From positions 186,001 through 250,000 of the forward strand of contig JAKMXF010000288.1 in assembly GCA_024704765.1 (NCBI GenBank): a DNA stretch of 64,000 nucleotides. The letters are read 5' to 3'. Every line of letters begins with the position of its first letter. The stretch's first letter is position 1. A program made the translations under genes and the position numbers. This document shows positions 1 through 11,242 of this stretch, piece by piece. The stretch is from Oopsacas minuta. Taxonomy: Eukaryota > Animalia > Porifera. A model generated the notes under the pieces. The model was not told the origin of the DNA, did not search any database, and saw only the letters and a program-made list of their open reading frames with translations.

Positions 1-1125
1 CCCTAGTAGTCCGTCTGTGGAGGTCACACTGTTTATGTATAATGTATTCATTGGAAAGCATTGTAAAAGCCTCATTTTCATAGCTAAAACATTGAATAAG
101 GGAATAAGAGAATTATACCTGTAACTGTACGATATGATCACTGACAGAGATAGCTAATAGAGAGAGATAGGGATGCCAAGCAATACAACGAATAGGACCT
201 GTTTGACATATGCTAGAGAATATGTCCAGCTGTTGTGTAACAGACAAACCGAACCCCAGCTGAGGAGAAATAAACCTGTACAGAGATTCGAATAGTGAAA
301 TACACAGGGATATACTGTATGCTGCTTTGCTGGCTATTTTATCTCTCTGTGTATTTCTGGTCTGAAGAGATGTAGAGAGTTTGTTTAGGAGAGAAGGGAT
401 ATCTCTACCCGATCGGAATGATAGCCAGGCTCGTTTCCAGGGATTCTCGTCCCTCTCCACGAATGGAGAAGGTTCTGTTATACCTGAGAGTAAATACATG
501 TATAAGTAAAGGATAAATTTAAGGTTTTGACAAGCCCCTTCCTCTCTAAAACTTGGCACGAAGAATGTGGTTTGCCTCGACTTCACGAATTACGGCCAAA
601 TATCCAGAAATATTGCAAATTAACACCAAATTTTCCTGGATTTTTCAAATGAGGTGATCGTATGCATATTATGGAAAAAGGACTACTATTAGAGTAATTA
701 CAGTAAACTCTGCTTAATAGGGCCACATCGTGGTCAGTTTATCTGTACACTACTTGTATGGTTCTGTTTCCGGCTACTTGACCTGATTAACCGGTGTTCT
801 ATAAAGCGGAGTCTACTGTATTACAATATCTCTAACCTGATAAAGATAGACTAGTATTTGTACCTACATCCTGGAGAGAAGATGAACTACTCTGAGTATG
901 AGTTAGCACTGAAGCAACCGGGACTATAAAATCAGGAATATTAGCATTAGAACTAGCAGCTAGTTTCTGTGCATTAATGAATGACAGTGTATCCGTTATA
1001 TCGTGAGAGGATAATCCATCTGGTGAGCAATTCGGAAGAGGGAGAGAGACTAACCGACAGTCTTTCTCTAAGATTGTAACGTGTCCTACCTCTGGGAGAT
1101 GTAGTGTATTAGATAGGATACTCAT
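1..1125 (-). CDS. AAAS: Aladin (WD40 nucleoporin), 5' part; gene runs off the left edge
   Basis: Exons ~1125-836, 483-119 and 29-1 with GT/AG borders. LPEVGHVTILEKDCRLV, FVERDENPWKRAW and IRCIAWHPYLSLLAISVSDHIVQL parallel the aladin N-terminus ([52 protein letters not shown]) as I recall it. Confidence 0.8.
701..818. mobile_element. Tc1/mariner (pogo-like) MITE in AAAS intron 1
   Basis: TA|CAGTAAACTCTGCTTAATAG ... CTATAAAGCGGAGTCTACTG|TA: ~20-bp imperfect TIRs with TA flanks. Confidence 0.8.
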
Positions 1126-1772
1126 TGGAGTATGTGAGTGATGATAAATTTGAGTATTTGGTGATTTAGCTAATTTGATTTCTGTAATTTATTCAATTAA
1201 TATTCATAAAAGATGGCAAAAGTTAAAGAAGAATCACACAAATACACAATTTATTGTTTACGACCAATTTTGAGGTAAATGTTGGTGATTTTGTTGTAGT
1301 AATTTCTGGTATCTTAGCCATTTAGATTACTATTTGAAGTTTGCTAATTTGATTGAAATTGTAGTAGTGTAGCCTCACCACACGGGATGCCAGAGACACC
1401 GAAAAATGCTGCCCCTGTTTGTGGAAGTTCGCCTGTACGGGATTAGGAATTTATTTTTCACTCCGTTTCCAGAAATTCCCTGATTTCACCCATTTATGGA
1501 GGTTAAACTGTATTTGATTGAACTTAAACCAAATAATGTCAATATAAAACAGCTCAATACTGTAATGCCCACATAAAAAATTTGGTATAAATGCTCAGAT
1601 ACCTGCAAGACTAGACTGTTTATTGTTTGGAAAGGTGTAGCTGTTAAAAAAGCATTATACCATCCCTGCGCCATTCATATTAACCCCCTAACATAACTGC
1701 ATATCATAATATAATATAATTTGAATAAATAACAAACTTCTACATATACAACAGCAGCAGCACTAAATACAA

Positions 1773-2855
1773 TTACACAATATTCAACCAATGTAAATGC
1801 AATACTTTAAGTCTCTCAACAGCACTACTAGATATATTCAGTCTAACATCAACAGGCTTAACACCTGGATATCCTAATAATGACAGACCAGATATAGCCA
1901 TATATGAGTGTAGGGGATCTGTGCTATGATCTGGCCACTTAGAAAATCCGCCGGTTATACTATTCTCTGTGCTGAATAGGTATTCTATCAAATCATGTTG
2001 TGACGTCAAATTATTCGCATCTAATAATTTCAATGCGCCGCCTATCCAGAATGAATAGCATGTGTCCACGCGTTTATTGGGCCGACCGTGGAACCCTGTC
2101 ACTTGTCTAAACACACACCATTTCTTGATTCGTTCCTTGACCTTACCCCCGATACACTGATCTAATTCCCCCATTAATGCCAAGCTTGCTAGACCACAGA
2201 AAGTAGAACCACCGTGACCTTCTAAACACGGTCCCTGCCCAATCCCAAAATCAAAAGAAACACTTTGTCGAATAAAATCAGTTATCCTTTTCTTATCAAC
2301 AAACCTCCAATCATTGAGTATATAACACACACAACATGCACAATATATATATCTCATATCACATTCCCCGCCCTCTAAACAGGACAGGAAACTCCCCTCA
2401 GCTGTTTGGAGGTTCCCTATGGTCTTAGCGATACATTCTCTATCAATGCGAGACAAATCATCCCCTAGAATCAATAGTGAAGCGATGGCTGTATATGTCA
2501 TTGCAAGATGACCAGTATCAAACAGACAATATTCAAGGCAACCAGTGGGAGAGAACTCACTGCCGATGTTAAATCCGCGGAAACCGGTTTTTAAAGCTTT
2601 TGAGTCGGTTAACATAGTGCTGTATATCCAGTCAATAATCTTATCTTTCCCCTGACACCTGTCTAAGGTATTTAACAGATCCATTCCTGATAGAGAGAAG
2701 AACAAAATAGACATTCTTATAGAGTCATATTCCTCTAACATACTAGGGAGACACCCTGACATCATCTCGAAGTATTTTGCGTGTCTAGGGAATGAGAATT
2801 CAGAGGGGAGTTCATTTGGTGGGGAAGAGGAATTATTATCACTTTCATCTGTCAT
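1773..2855 (-). CDS. PGGT1B: Geranylgeranyl transferase type-1 subunit beta, single exon
   Basis: 360-aa ORF with prenyltransferase repeats: ECDMRYIYCA, EGHGGSTFCGLASL, GFHGRPNKRVDTCYSFW, GGFSKWPDHSTDPLHSY. Confidence 0.95.
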   Translation of the reverse strand: MTDESDNNSSSPPNELPSEFSFPRHAKYFEMMSGCLPSMLEEYDSIRMSILFFSLSGMDLLNTLDRCQGKDKIIDWIYSTMLTDSKALKTGFRGFNIGSEFSPTGCLEYCLFDTGHLAMTYTAIASLLILGDDLSRIDRECIAKTIGNLQTAEGSFLSCLEGGECDMRYIYCACCVCYILNDWRFVDKKRITDFIRQSVSFDFGIGQGPCLEGHGGSTFCGLASLALMGELDQCIGGKVKERIKKWCVFRQVTGFHGRPNKRVDTCYSFWIGGALKLLDANNLTSQHDLIEYLFSTENSITGGFSKWPDHSTDPLHSYMAISGLSLLGYPGVKPVDVRLNISSSAVERLKVLHLHWLNIV

Positions 2856-3364
2856 TATACAATCTAATATATATTATAGCCAGCTACATTGATAACTACA
2901 GTAAACTCCTTGTTATATCGAAGCTCAAGGAAACGCTATAAATACTTCGGTATGACCGATCAAATTTATGTTACTTTGACGGTTTGGGATCATATTAGCA
3001 CAATTTTTAGACTTCGATATATCCGTGTTAGATATAGCGGGAGGTTGTCTGTATATGTAGAAACAATTTGGAAGTAAGACATCTTGTTCCACGACATTTA
3101 ATTCCATATATTTTATCATAAATAATCTGGAAAAAATTGATAATATTTGTGCTACGAAATATCGTCACACAGGTCAAGTTCTCCTAGTTCTGGGGTCCAC
3201 AATCGTTCTCACCCGCAGACCCGCTATACCACTGTCAAATCAATAAATATTCTCCATAAAATTGAAATCTCGTGCAAATAATAATAAGTATTGATTCGTG
3301 TGTTGAATAAATCAAATAAAATCCGCATAATATTTTCTCATAACAGCGCGAATAAACTCACCTC

Positions 3365-6214
3365 TCATTTATCTATATATTTACCATAATCTGGTATAAT
3401 TTCTCTGACTTGTTCTCTCAATTTCTCCTTTCTAATCTCACGTTCCCTCTCTTCTATCATAGTTGGGATAAAATTCTTAAAACCCAGAAAACCCCATCTC
3501 AATAACATTTTATCGTAGAACTTATCTGCTTCAAAATTATGACGTAAGGTTAACAAGACATCGTTTCGTGTTGAGTCTTTCCAAGCGGCTAGACATCTTT
3601 TAAGAGCATTCCTATCAGCAAATTCTGTTGCCATGGTATCTAACTCGTTATAATGTTGTACATATAATCGCCAATTACGCCAAATTCTACTTTTTCTCAA
3701 CTTATGAAGAAGCTTATCAGCTCTATCACATTTCAACTTTTCTCTAATTATAAGAGCATCTTTCCAGATTGGAAAGAATTCTCTTTGAACTGATTTCTTA
3801 TATAAATTGTCTGCTTTTATACATTTCTTAACTTGAATAGTTCTGTACTTTACTAATCCACCCAAGCAGTATCGTTTCAATAAATATTTCTCGTAATGTG
3901 ATATAGCAATTCTATTCTGTTTAGCTGTCTTTTCGCGTGCGAGTTCTTTCTCAATTTCGCGTGCCTTTGCCGCACGTTTCTCCTCTTGTCGCCGGGCAAT
4001 CTCAGCCCGTTTCATCTCATCTTCCTCTCTAATACGATTAGTTTCTAATTCCAACTCCCTCGCGGCTTTTTCCTCTTCCAACAATTTCCTTTTCTCTTCT
4101 CTCTCTCTCTTACGTCTGAGGATTAGCGCATTCCTTTCTTCCATCTGTGTGAGTGGGATAGGAGTAGTGAACTTCTTGGGGTGTAAGAGGGGTGCAGGGG
4201 GATCTGGGGGTACATACAGGGGTGCAACTGGCTCTCCTGCGGTCAGAACTGGACCTTCTACTGGAATTACATCTGGTATAGTTATAGAAATAGATTTCGG
4301 AATACTCATAGTTGTAACCTCGTTATCCATGGTTACAATTGCACTCTGTGGTCTTGATATCTTTTTCTCAGTATTTTTAACAGATTTAGAATTCAATTTC
4401 TCTCTTACAGATTTCATAGTGATTAGATCAATTTTAGTGTCATATAAATCTCCAACATTTATTGGTATATCGAGTGGATGAGATTGAGATTTGCGAATTT
4501 GACGCGCGGGTTTGTTTTCCTGGGAAATTTTACCCTTTTCAGCTGCTTCTAAGAAAATCGCCATTTTAATTCTCTTCTCCCGTATCTTGTCAGCATGCCT
4601 TTTCAACTCTCCAGTGTTACGTGCCCAAATCTTCCACGAAACAAAACAGTTCCTCATTAACTTACAGCTAAAAAACTCTAGCGCCAGAGTATCCGCTTGT
4701 CTTTCCTTCACCATCTTCTCAGCTAATTTTTCCCTATCTTTTTCCTGTTTAGCTTTAGACACGACTGCTTTCCAAGCTGAGAATACTCTACAAAGGTTTT
4801 TCCAATCATCCATGGTACGTGCGTTATCTAATCGTATTCTATTCTGTGCTGCTAGAGAATGCCAGCTACTAAACACACGATGTGTTAGCTTCAAGTTATG
4901 TTTAGCTTCTAAGTTTGTAGCTTCTTCTAATTGTGCTATTAGTATACGACGAGTATGTGAAAGTTTTGCAGCTGATTTTTTAGCTGATATCAGCTGTTCT
5001 GCACATGTTAACGGAGAACCTATAAATAGGGAAAAGTTCATCAATCAAATGGAGTTAAGTTAATAATTCAATAGCATTTACGTATGCAGCCAAATCCAGT
5101 TATACCGAAGCACAAGGAACCGAGAAATATATGTACTTTGACGATTTGTGACCATATTTGATATACTCGGGTATTTTGATATATCCTTGTTTGATATAAC
5201 AGGAGTTGACAGTACCAATCAACATACCATTAACATCATGATGTGATCTCTCATTCACAATACTCTGTGCTTCTCTAATACTATCTTTAACAGGAATAAT
5301 ATTAGCCTGGGGTTTGGCTGTAGACTTTATCTTAGCTGTATAATAGCTGGTTAGTTCTTCTCGTCTGTTAATAGCTTCTCTCCTAACTTCATCTCTGAAT
5401 GAGTTAACCTGGTGATGTAGCACTGCTTCTGCTATTCTACGTTTATGGTACTCTGCTTTACTAGATTCTTTCTTAGTGATAGTACCAGCGTCATGTAATA
5501 CCTTAAATATTAAATTATTAAATGTGTTTGACGTACACAAGGGAAGCAATGAATTTGTACTCGTTATCCTTCACAAACGGGGCCTCTGGAAATGGGGAAC
5601 TCCTGAAATTGAGTGAAAAATTAATATAGCGAATTCCTAGTCCCATACAAACGGGAAACAAGGAAGCATTTTCGGCGTCCCTGCCACTCCGTTTGTTGAT
5701 GTTTCACTATAGTAAGGTGTTGGCTCGGGTAACCGGTCTCTACAGTATTATAAGTTATATTAGAACCTCGTTAATACGTATACAGCGGACGAAAATTCTA
5801 CTTCTTATCTGAAGTACGTATTTTTAATCGTGTTCATAACAGTGGACTCACATGAGATTCCCTCTCCCTATACTCCTGTTTAATCCTCTCTTCTTCTCTC
5901 ACTCTCCTTTTCTCTTTAAGCTCTCTCTGTCTCTTCTCTATACCAATACGAGGATCTCTATTCTTAGCCAACCAATACTTCTCTACATCTGACAGGACCT
6001 GTTCCTCTATAGGGAGATCTCTCAGACCGTTAAGTATACCTTCCACTGCACCAGCCACGTTACCATGGTTAGCTTGATGGAATGCTGACGTTATGACGTC
6101 ATCCATTACAGAAGTGACAGGGTTACTGACAGGTGAATGTTTCTTGGATTTATCTCTCTTGTACCAGGAATATACTATCGATTCTGCTTCTGAGAGGACT
6201 TTATCCTTACTCAT
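3365..6214 (-). CDS. CCDC191: Coiled-coil domain-containing protein 191 (KIAA1407-like), ~3 exons
   Basis: ORFs 5834-6214, 5100-5549 and 3365-5044 join into one coiled-coil protein. Motifs EAESIVYSW, RDPRIGIEKRQRELKE, FSSWHSLAAQNRIRLDNARTMDDWK and C-terminal LREQVREIIPDY match CCDC191 as recalled. Confidence 0.8.
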
Positions 6215-6831
6215 TACTAGTTGTAAGAAAGTAAATCAGAGGTTCCCAACCTGGAGCCCAAGGTCGACGGAGGACAGTAGGGGATCCACGGGATCTATTG
6301 CAGCCTATGGGAGGGGTCTACACGTGATAAAGGTTGGGAACTGCTGAAGTAAATTGATAGAAATGCCGACATTATGAAGAGCGATATGTTAGGGCTCTCA
6401 ATCCGACACTCTCAACATTGTCATTCGTGAAAAATCTCACGATTCTACAATTAGAAATACGACTAAGATTAAGTAGTGTGTCCTCTCAAATTGGCACAAT
6501 GGAGTTCGAAGCCTGGACAATAAATGGATTCGAAGTGAATAACGATTACGAGATTTATGCGTAAGAACGCGTGGACAATTAGAGAGGACACGCTGCATTG
6601 ATTTACAATGAGAAGACCAAGGACACTGTAGTAAGTGTAGACCTGAAATAGTATTCACAATACTTTTGTGTATATATATTCACAAATGTGTGATTCAGAG
6701 ATCAATTAATCTCACAAACAAATAAACAAACAGATACAAAATATCCTAATTTTATGAACTCAATATGGTATAACATAATACACAATAACAATAACAATAA
6801 TACATATAAAAAACAATACATGTATATCTCT

Positions 6832-8530
6832 TCAATCATCCTGTGCATAGCTATTAACGTATTCAGTAACCTTCCTCACGAAGTCATCCTAAATACAATA
6901 AAGTAAATACAGGCAACTCCGGTTATATCGAAGCAATTATCACGGTCCCTTGAGCTTTAATATAACAGGAGTTGGCTGTACATATGCCGGTATATGGGTA
7001 ATAATTTCCTGATATATTTATGCCGGTTATAAGAACATGTATTACTACTCTCAAGGGAGTTCTTATAAGCAGCATCACTGTATTAGCATTCGAGGAAAAG
7101 CGGATACTCACAGGATCTAAAGCGAAGTGTTCTGCTGCCTGCACATTGAGAGGATCATCAAAGTTAAGCAGATCAGTGAATAGAGAGCTTAGACCAATTA
7201 CTACATCCTATTAAGATAACAGGTAATATATGTAATTATTGAATAATTATGAATTAGAGATATAAAGACTCTAACCTTTAATGTTCTTACGGGAGACCAG
7301 CCTAATGAAGCATCTAGTGAGTTCTCTCTCAGTACACTGATAGAGAAGTAAGGTTGAAATTAAGTGAATATAGAGGAACCTGAACAAACCGATACTCATT
7401 TGGGACATTAAATTTGCCGATATATACAGGTGTCAATTTATGCAGGTTCCACTGTATTACATAGCTAATACAATTGGCTACAGTGATATCTCTACAAACG
7501 GGGACTTATGGAAACTGAGTGAAAAGAAAATGAACGAATTCCTAGTCCCATACAAATGAACCTCTACAAACGGGGTAACATGGTAGTATTTTCAGCGGGC
7601 TAACAATTAAGTATACCTGAGACATATCTTTCCATCCTCGGTGATGTTAGGATGCCACAGTTTAGTTAAGCAGGAGCATAAAGGAGGTTTCATATTGTAT
7701 TCTGATGGAATCTTTATGTCAAATACGAACTTCCCTCCTTTCCAGTAACCCTCAGCTATAAAAGTACAAACAAACATATTGAATAAATCCTGGGCCCGAG
7801 ACTTGAAATAAAAAATTCGTCCCTTACCTGGTCTTACGATAAGTTTAAAGTTTCTGAGATCATTAGCATCATCATGTTCTATCTCACAAGATCCTAAACA
7901 GAAAATAAAAATAATAATATTTGTGTGATTAGTTATCGGTATAAAATATTACCTGGCAAACTCCCGTCTAGCTCTGGGTACTCTGTAGAGAGAATATTTA
8001 TTAGTAGTATGTTTTGACGAAAATAGTCCCAGGTTCTGAATTTCTCAGTTTTCTTGAAACGTATAAAACCGCTACGAAGTTGATATTTGGACAACAGCGA
8101 AACCTCCGGAAAGGGGGTGCCAAGGGTGCAGAAAAATGCTACCGCGTTTCCTCGCTTTGGAAAATTCCACATTTATGGAGGTTCATTTGTATTGGACTAG
8201 GAATTCGCTCAATTTATTTTCCACTCCGTTTCCACGGGCCCGTTTGTGGAGACTACATTGTATCAACTATGTGAAACTCAGAAAATATTTTCCAAAGTCT
8301 TATTCTAAATTCCAAAATATCAAAGATTTATAGGCTATATTGGTAAAAAATATTCAAAGATTCTCATGTCAAATCTTTTTGTCCGTTCCGTGAAATACGA
8401 CAGAGCTAATGAACTCACCTTTCGTGAGTCGAGTACTTCTAACAGACATCATTTTAGAAAACGTAGGCTTGGCAGCGGACTCTTCACGTTTGGTAGCTTC
8501 TTCTTTGACTTTTTGTTGTAGTTTAAACAT
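6832..8530 (-). CDS. UBE2F: NEDD8-conjugating E2 enzyme, ~7 short exons not captured by the ORF track
   Basis: Hand-spliced: [11 protein letters not shown]...|[10 protein letters not shown]|[22 protein letters not shown]|[25 protein letters not shown]...[14 protein letters not shown]|[21 protein letters not shown]|[27 protein letters not shown]|[21 protein letters not shown] fold with the HPNI...C motif. Confidence 0.9.
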
Positions 8531-9527
8531 TTTAATTTCCCTAACAACTGTTAATGAGCTTTTATGTAAGAGAACTGTTCTATTTTGGAATTATACGTTC
8601 TTTCTCAGCCAAATTATTGCAAATGTATATATTAGTACAGCTACATTGCATTTTATTATCTTAGATACGAAATGTTGAGCTGGAATGTTGTGTATCAAAT
8701 AGATTAATGCAATTATAAACTGAGGTGGTATAGCAATAGAAAAATACCTATGAGTATGTTTGGTTGTTATGAGCTGTGCAACTATTCTAGAAGGGTTTTG
8801 GATATGACCACAAAATTGATAATGGAGAATCAGCATAATAGGTCATGGTCAGATATTTTGCTCGTTTAGTCGTTATGATTAGGAGAGATATGAATTAGTG
8901 AAACTGCAAAATTATTATTTGAATTGTGTCTTTGGCAGAGATGTAGGGACCCAATGTGTAGCTAGCAAGGCCGATAATACAGAGATTGCTAGCAACCCCA
9001 GGAATCAAAGAAGAAACTAATTAAGTTTTGATGTCCAATTGTAAACTATCTGTCTACCGAAGACCAGGATATGTGGAATAGTTGCATGTTGGCTACTTAA
9101 GAGGATAACAGCATCTGGGCATTTCATTACCCAGCTCATACTCATCAACCTCTCATAATAGAAATTTCTGGGATTTCCAAGTTTTCATCCATAAATAACA
9201 TTTCAGTCTTTTATCTTGGAAAAACTGTACCTAAATTCACAAATCCATTCCTGGGTTTCTTACTTGTAAAATTCCGGGAGAATTTGCAAGTATGCCGGTT
9301 TATCCCCTGCCCGTAGACCTGAATAGTATAAAACCATAAGAATCAAATAAGGAAAAGATGTGATATGACGTACGTACATCTTTTGCTGTCAAAAGAAAGG
9401 AAATTCATCTGATACACAACAGTTAACATTAAGTTCTAGCTAGCTATAACTGTTACAACAACAACACAATACAAACAAGCAATGGGCAACAATTGTGTAA
9501 TGTACGCATGCAGTATAATTACATCAT

Positions 9528-10142
9528 CTAGATCTCAGCTGGGATTGGGGGCTTGTCAGCTGTTTGTTCATCAGAAGAACTGTCAGTTTTTGATTTTTTA
9601 GGGACGTCCTCTCCTTCTGCAGGGGTAGGTGCGGTTCGTTTCGGGGCTTTAGTGGGAGTTTGTGCTTTTTGCGTTTGAGAGCGAGTTTTACCGAAATTCT
9701 CTTCGCCGAGGAGGGCGGCTCCCTCTTGGGCAGTTTGGGACATTGTGGTGGTTCGTTGTAAAGGAGTTTTGTCGTTTTCTTGCGAGCTACTAGCACTTAC
9801 TCGCTCTTCACGCGTCTGTTTTCGCGTTTTTTCACGGACTTCATCTCCTAGGATATCTTTAGCAGCTTCGGTTGTCGCTTGGATTGTAGTAGCACGAGCG
9901 AGTGAAGGTTTATCGGAACCATTCGCGTCGGTGTCTTTATCGTTATCAGTTTCGCTCTGTTTGATCGCGTCTTGTAGCGTAGCAGTTGCCCCTCTTGTCT
10001 TCTCAAGGGACTGTCCTTCAAGGAACTCTTTGCCCTCCTCAGCGGTCACTTGCATCGTCCCTGCTCGTCCTAATTTAGGTTTATCTGCTCCGTTTGTATC
10101 TGTCTCGGTCTGAGGAATTGTTGGTGTCTTTTCGGTTGCCAT
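9528..10142 (-). CDS. Uncharacterised 204-aa hydrophilic protein with three internal ~40-aa repeats
   Basis: ATG-initiated single-exon ORF; repeat DKxxLxRxxTxxxTxxExxxxLxxxxxxKTRxxT occurs three times; T/K/E/D-rich. Confidence 0.75.
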   Translation of the reverse strand: MATEKTPTIPQTETDTNGADKPKLGRAGTMQVTAEEGKEFLEGQSLEKTRGATATLQDAIKQSETDNDKDTDANGSDKPSLARATTIQATTEAAKDILGDEVREKTRKQTREERVSASSSQENDKTPLQRTTTMSQTAQEGAALLGEENFGKTRSQTQKAQTPTKAPKRTAPTPAEGEDVPKKSKTDSSSDEQTADKPPIPAEI

Positions 10143-11242
10143 AATTAATAGAAAATGTTGTGAATATAATTCTAAGTTGAATGAAATTTCTAGTTACAAA
10201 AGAACGAAATTTCTACTATTTATAGGGAAGAGGCAACCAAGGCCTACTATAAAGGAAAATCAACAGGGCAGAAATGGAATTCCAAAGTGGATAATACTGG
10301 TTGCTAACGTGCAAATGTGACAAATAGATGTATGACATAAACATTCCATTTGATGGATAATAAGTAATCATGATGTTGTATTGGTGCATAGCTTTGTATT
10401 AGTAACAGATATACAGCATTGTTATGCAATAGATATGGATGAAGTATGTGTCATGTGTCATGTTGGTTAATGGGAATATTATAGAAAGTGTGAAAATATG
10501 AATATGACACACGAATGATTCAAAATTAATTTGTCTGGACACAATTCAGAAATTCGGATATTATCTACATCTCAATGAAGACGAAAAAGATTTATGTGAC
10601 AGCAGAAAGAGCTGTGATAAATTGTTCAAAAAGCGAGAATTTTGCGGATTCCGTATTAAGTAACGTTTGAACAGCCTCTAAGAGTGTGCTTAATAATCCT
10701 AGACACAAAGAATATTCTCCTTTTTGATTAAAATAGAAATTTTGATGCACTAGTAAACAAGAAATATGAGAATTGCAGAAAATGCTGGGTTCAGTGCATT
10801 TCGTAATTATATTCTAATACCTAGAGTCATAGACTTAGACTCTGAGGGGCGGTGAACTTCTAACAACTTGAATGATCCATGGAGGAAGAGGGCTCACACA
10901 TATACTTTGTGTTAGCTCTATGGGGATGTAACCAAGTCAGAGGCGAGCTCAAGCCTCCTTGCCCCCCGGGTTGTGCGGCTATGGACACTCTAGCCGGATA
11001 CAGAAAAGCTGGTTGGATACGATGAACTTTAGATGGCTCAAAATTAATGACCTATTTTATATGATAAACACTATCTTACTCACTTTGCATAACACAAACA
11101 CAAAAATATGAAAAGATACAAAATGATAATCAATAAATATGAAATCAGAAAATAAACAAACACCTTGTATAAATAAATATATTTACAATATGTATAATCG
11201 ATATGATACACCTTTTCACACGTAGCTAACCACACTCCCTTA

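Noticed and set aside
1486-1674. 62-aa ORF with one hydrophobic stretch between PGGT1B and AAAS
   Set aside because: It starts ~100 nt after the PGGT1B stop and runs into a MITE, has no recognisable family, and hydrophobic ORFs arise easily in AT-rich DNA. Probably 3' UTR.
4149-5063. Plus-strand ORFs 4149-4481 and 4512-5063, and similar ones at 9745-10113, 20294-20587, 41693-42157, 47675-47986 and 60709-61143
   Set aside because: Antisense shadows of well-supported genes; no motifs of their own.
5100-5232. Introner hypothesis (MITEs creating introns)
   Set aside because: In the cases inspected (CCDC191, GPI, CORO7, astacin gene) the elements sit inside introns with unrelated flanks; their ends do not coincide with the GT/AG boundaries.
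7933-8333. Cluster of short ORFs, also at 2889-3119, 18712-19049, 23861-24284, 30357-30971, 42449-42697 and 52868-53095
   Set aside because: They translate MITE sequence (recurring peptides such as [12 protein letters not shown] and TLTVWD); not genes.
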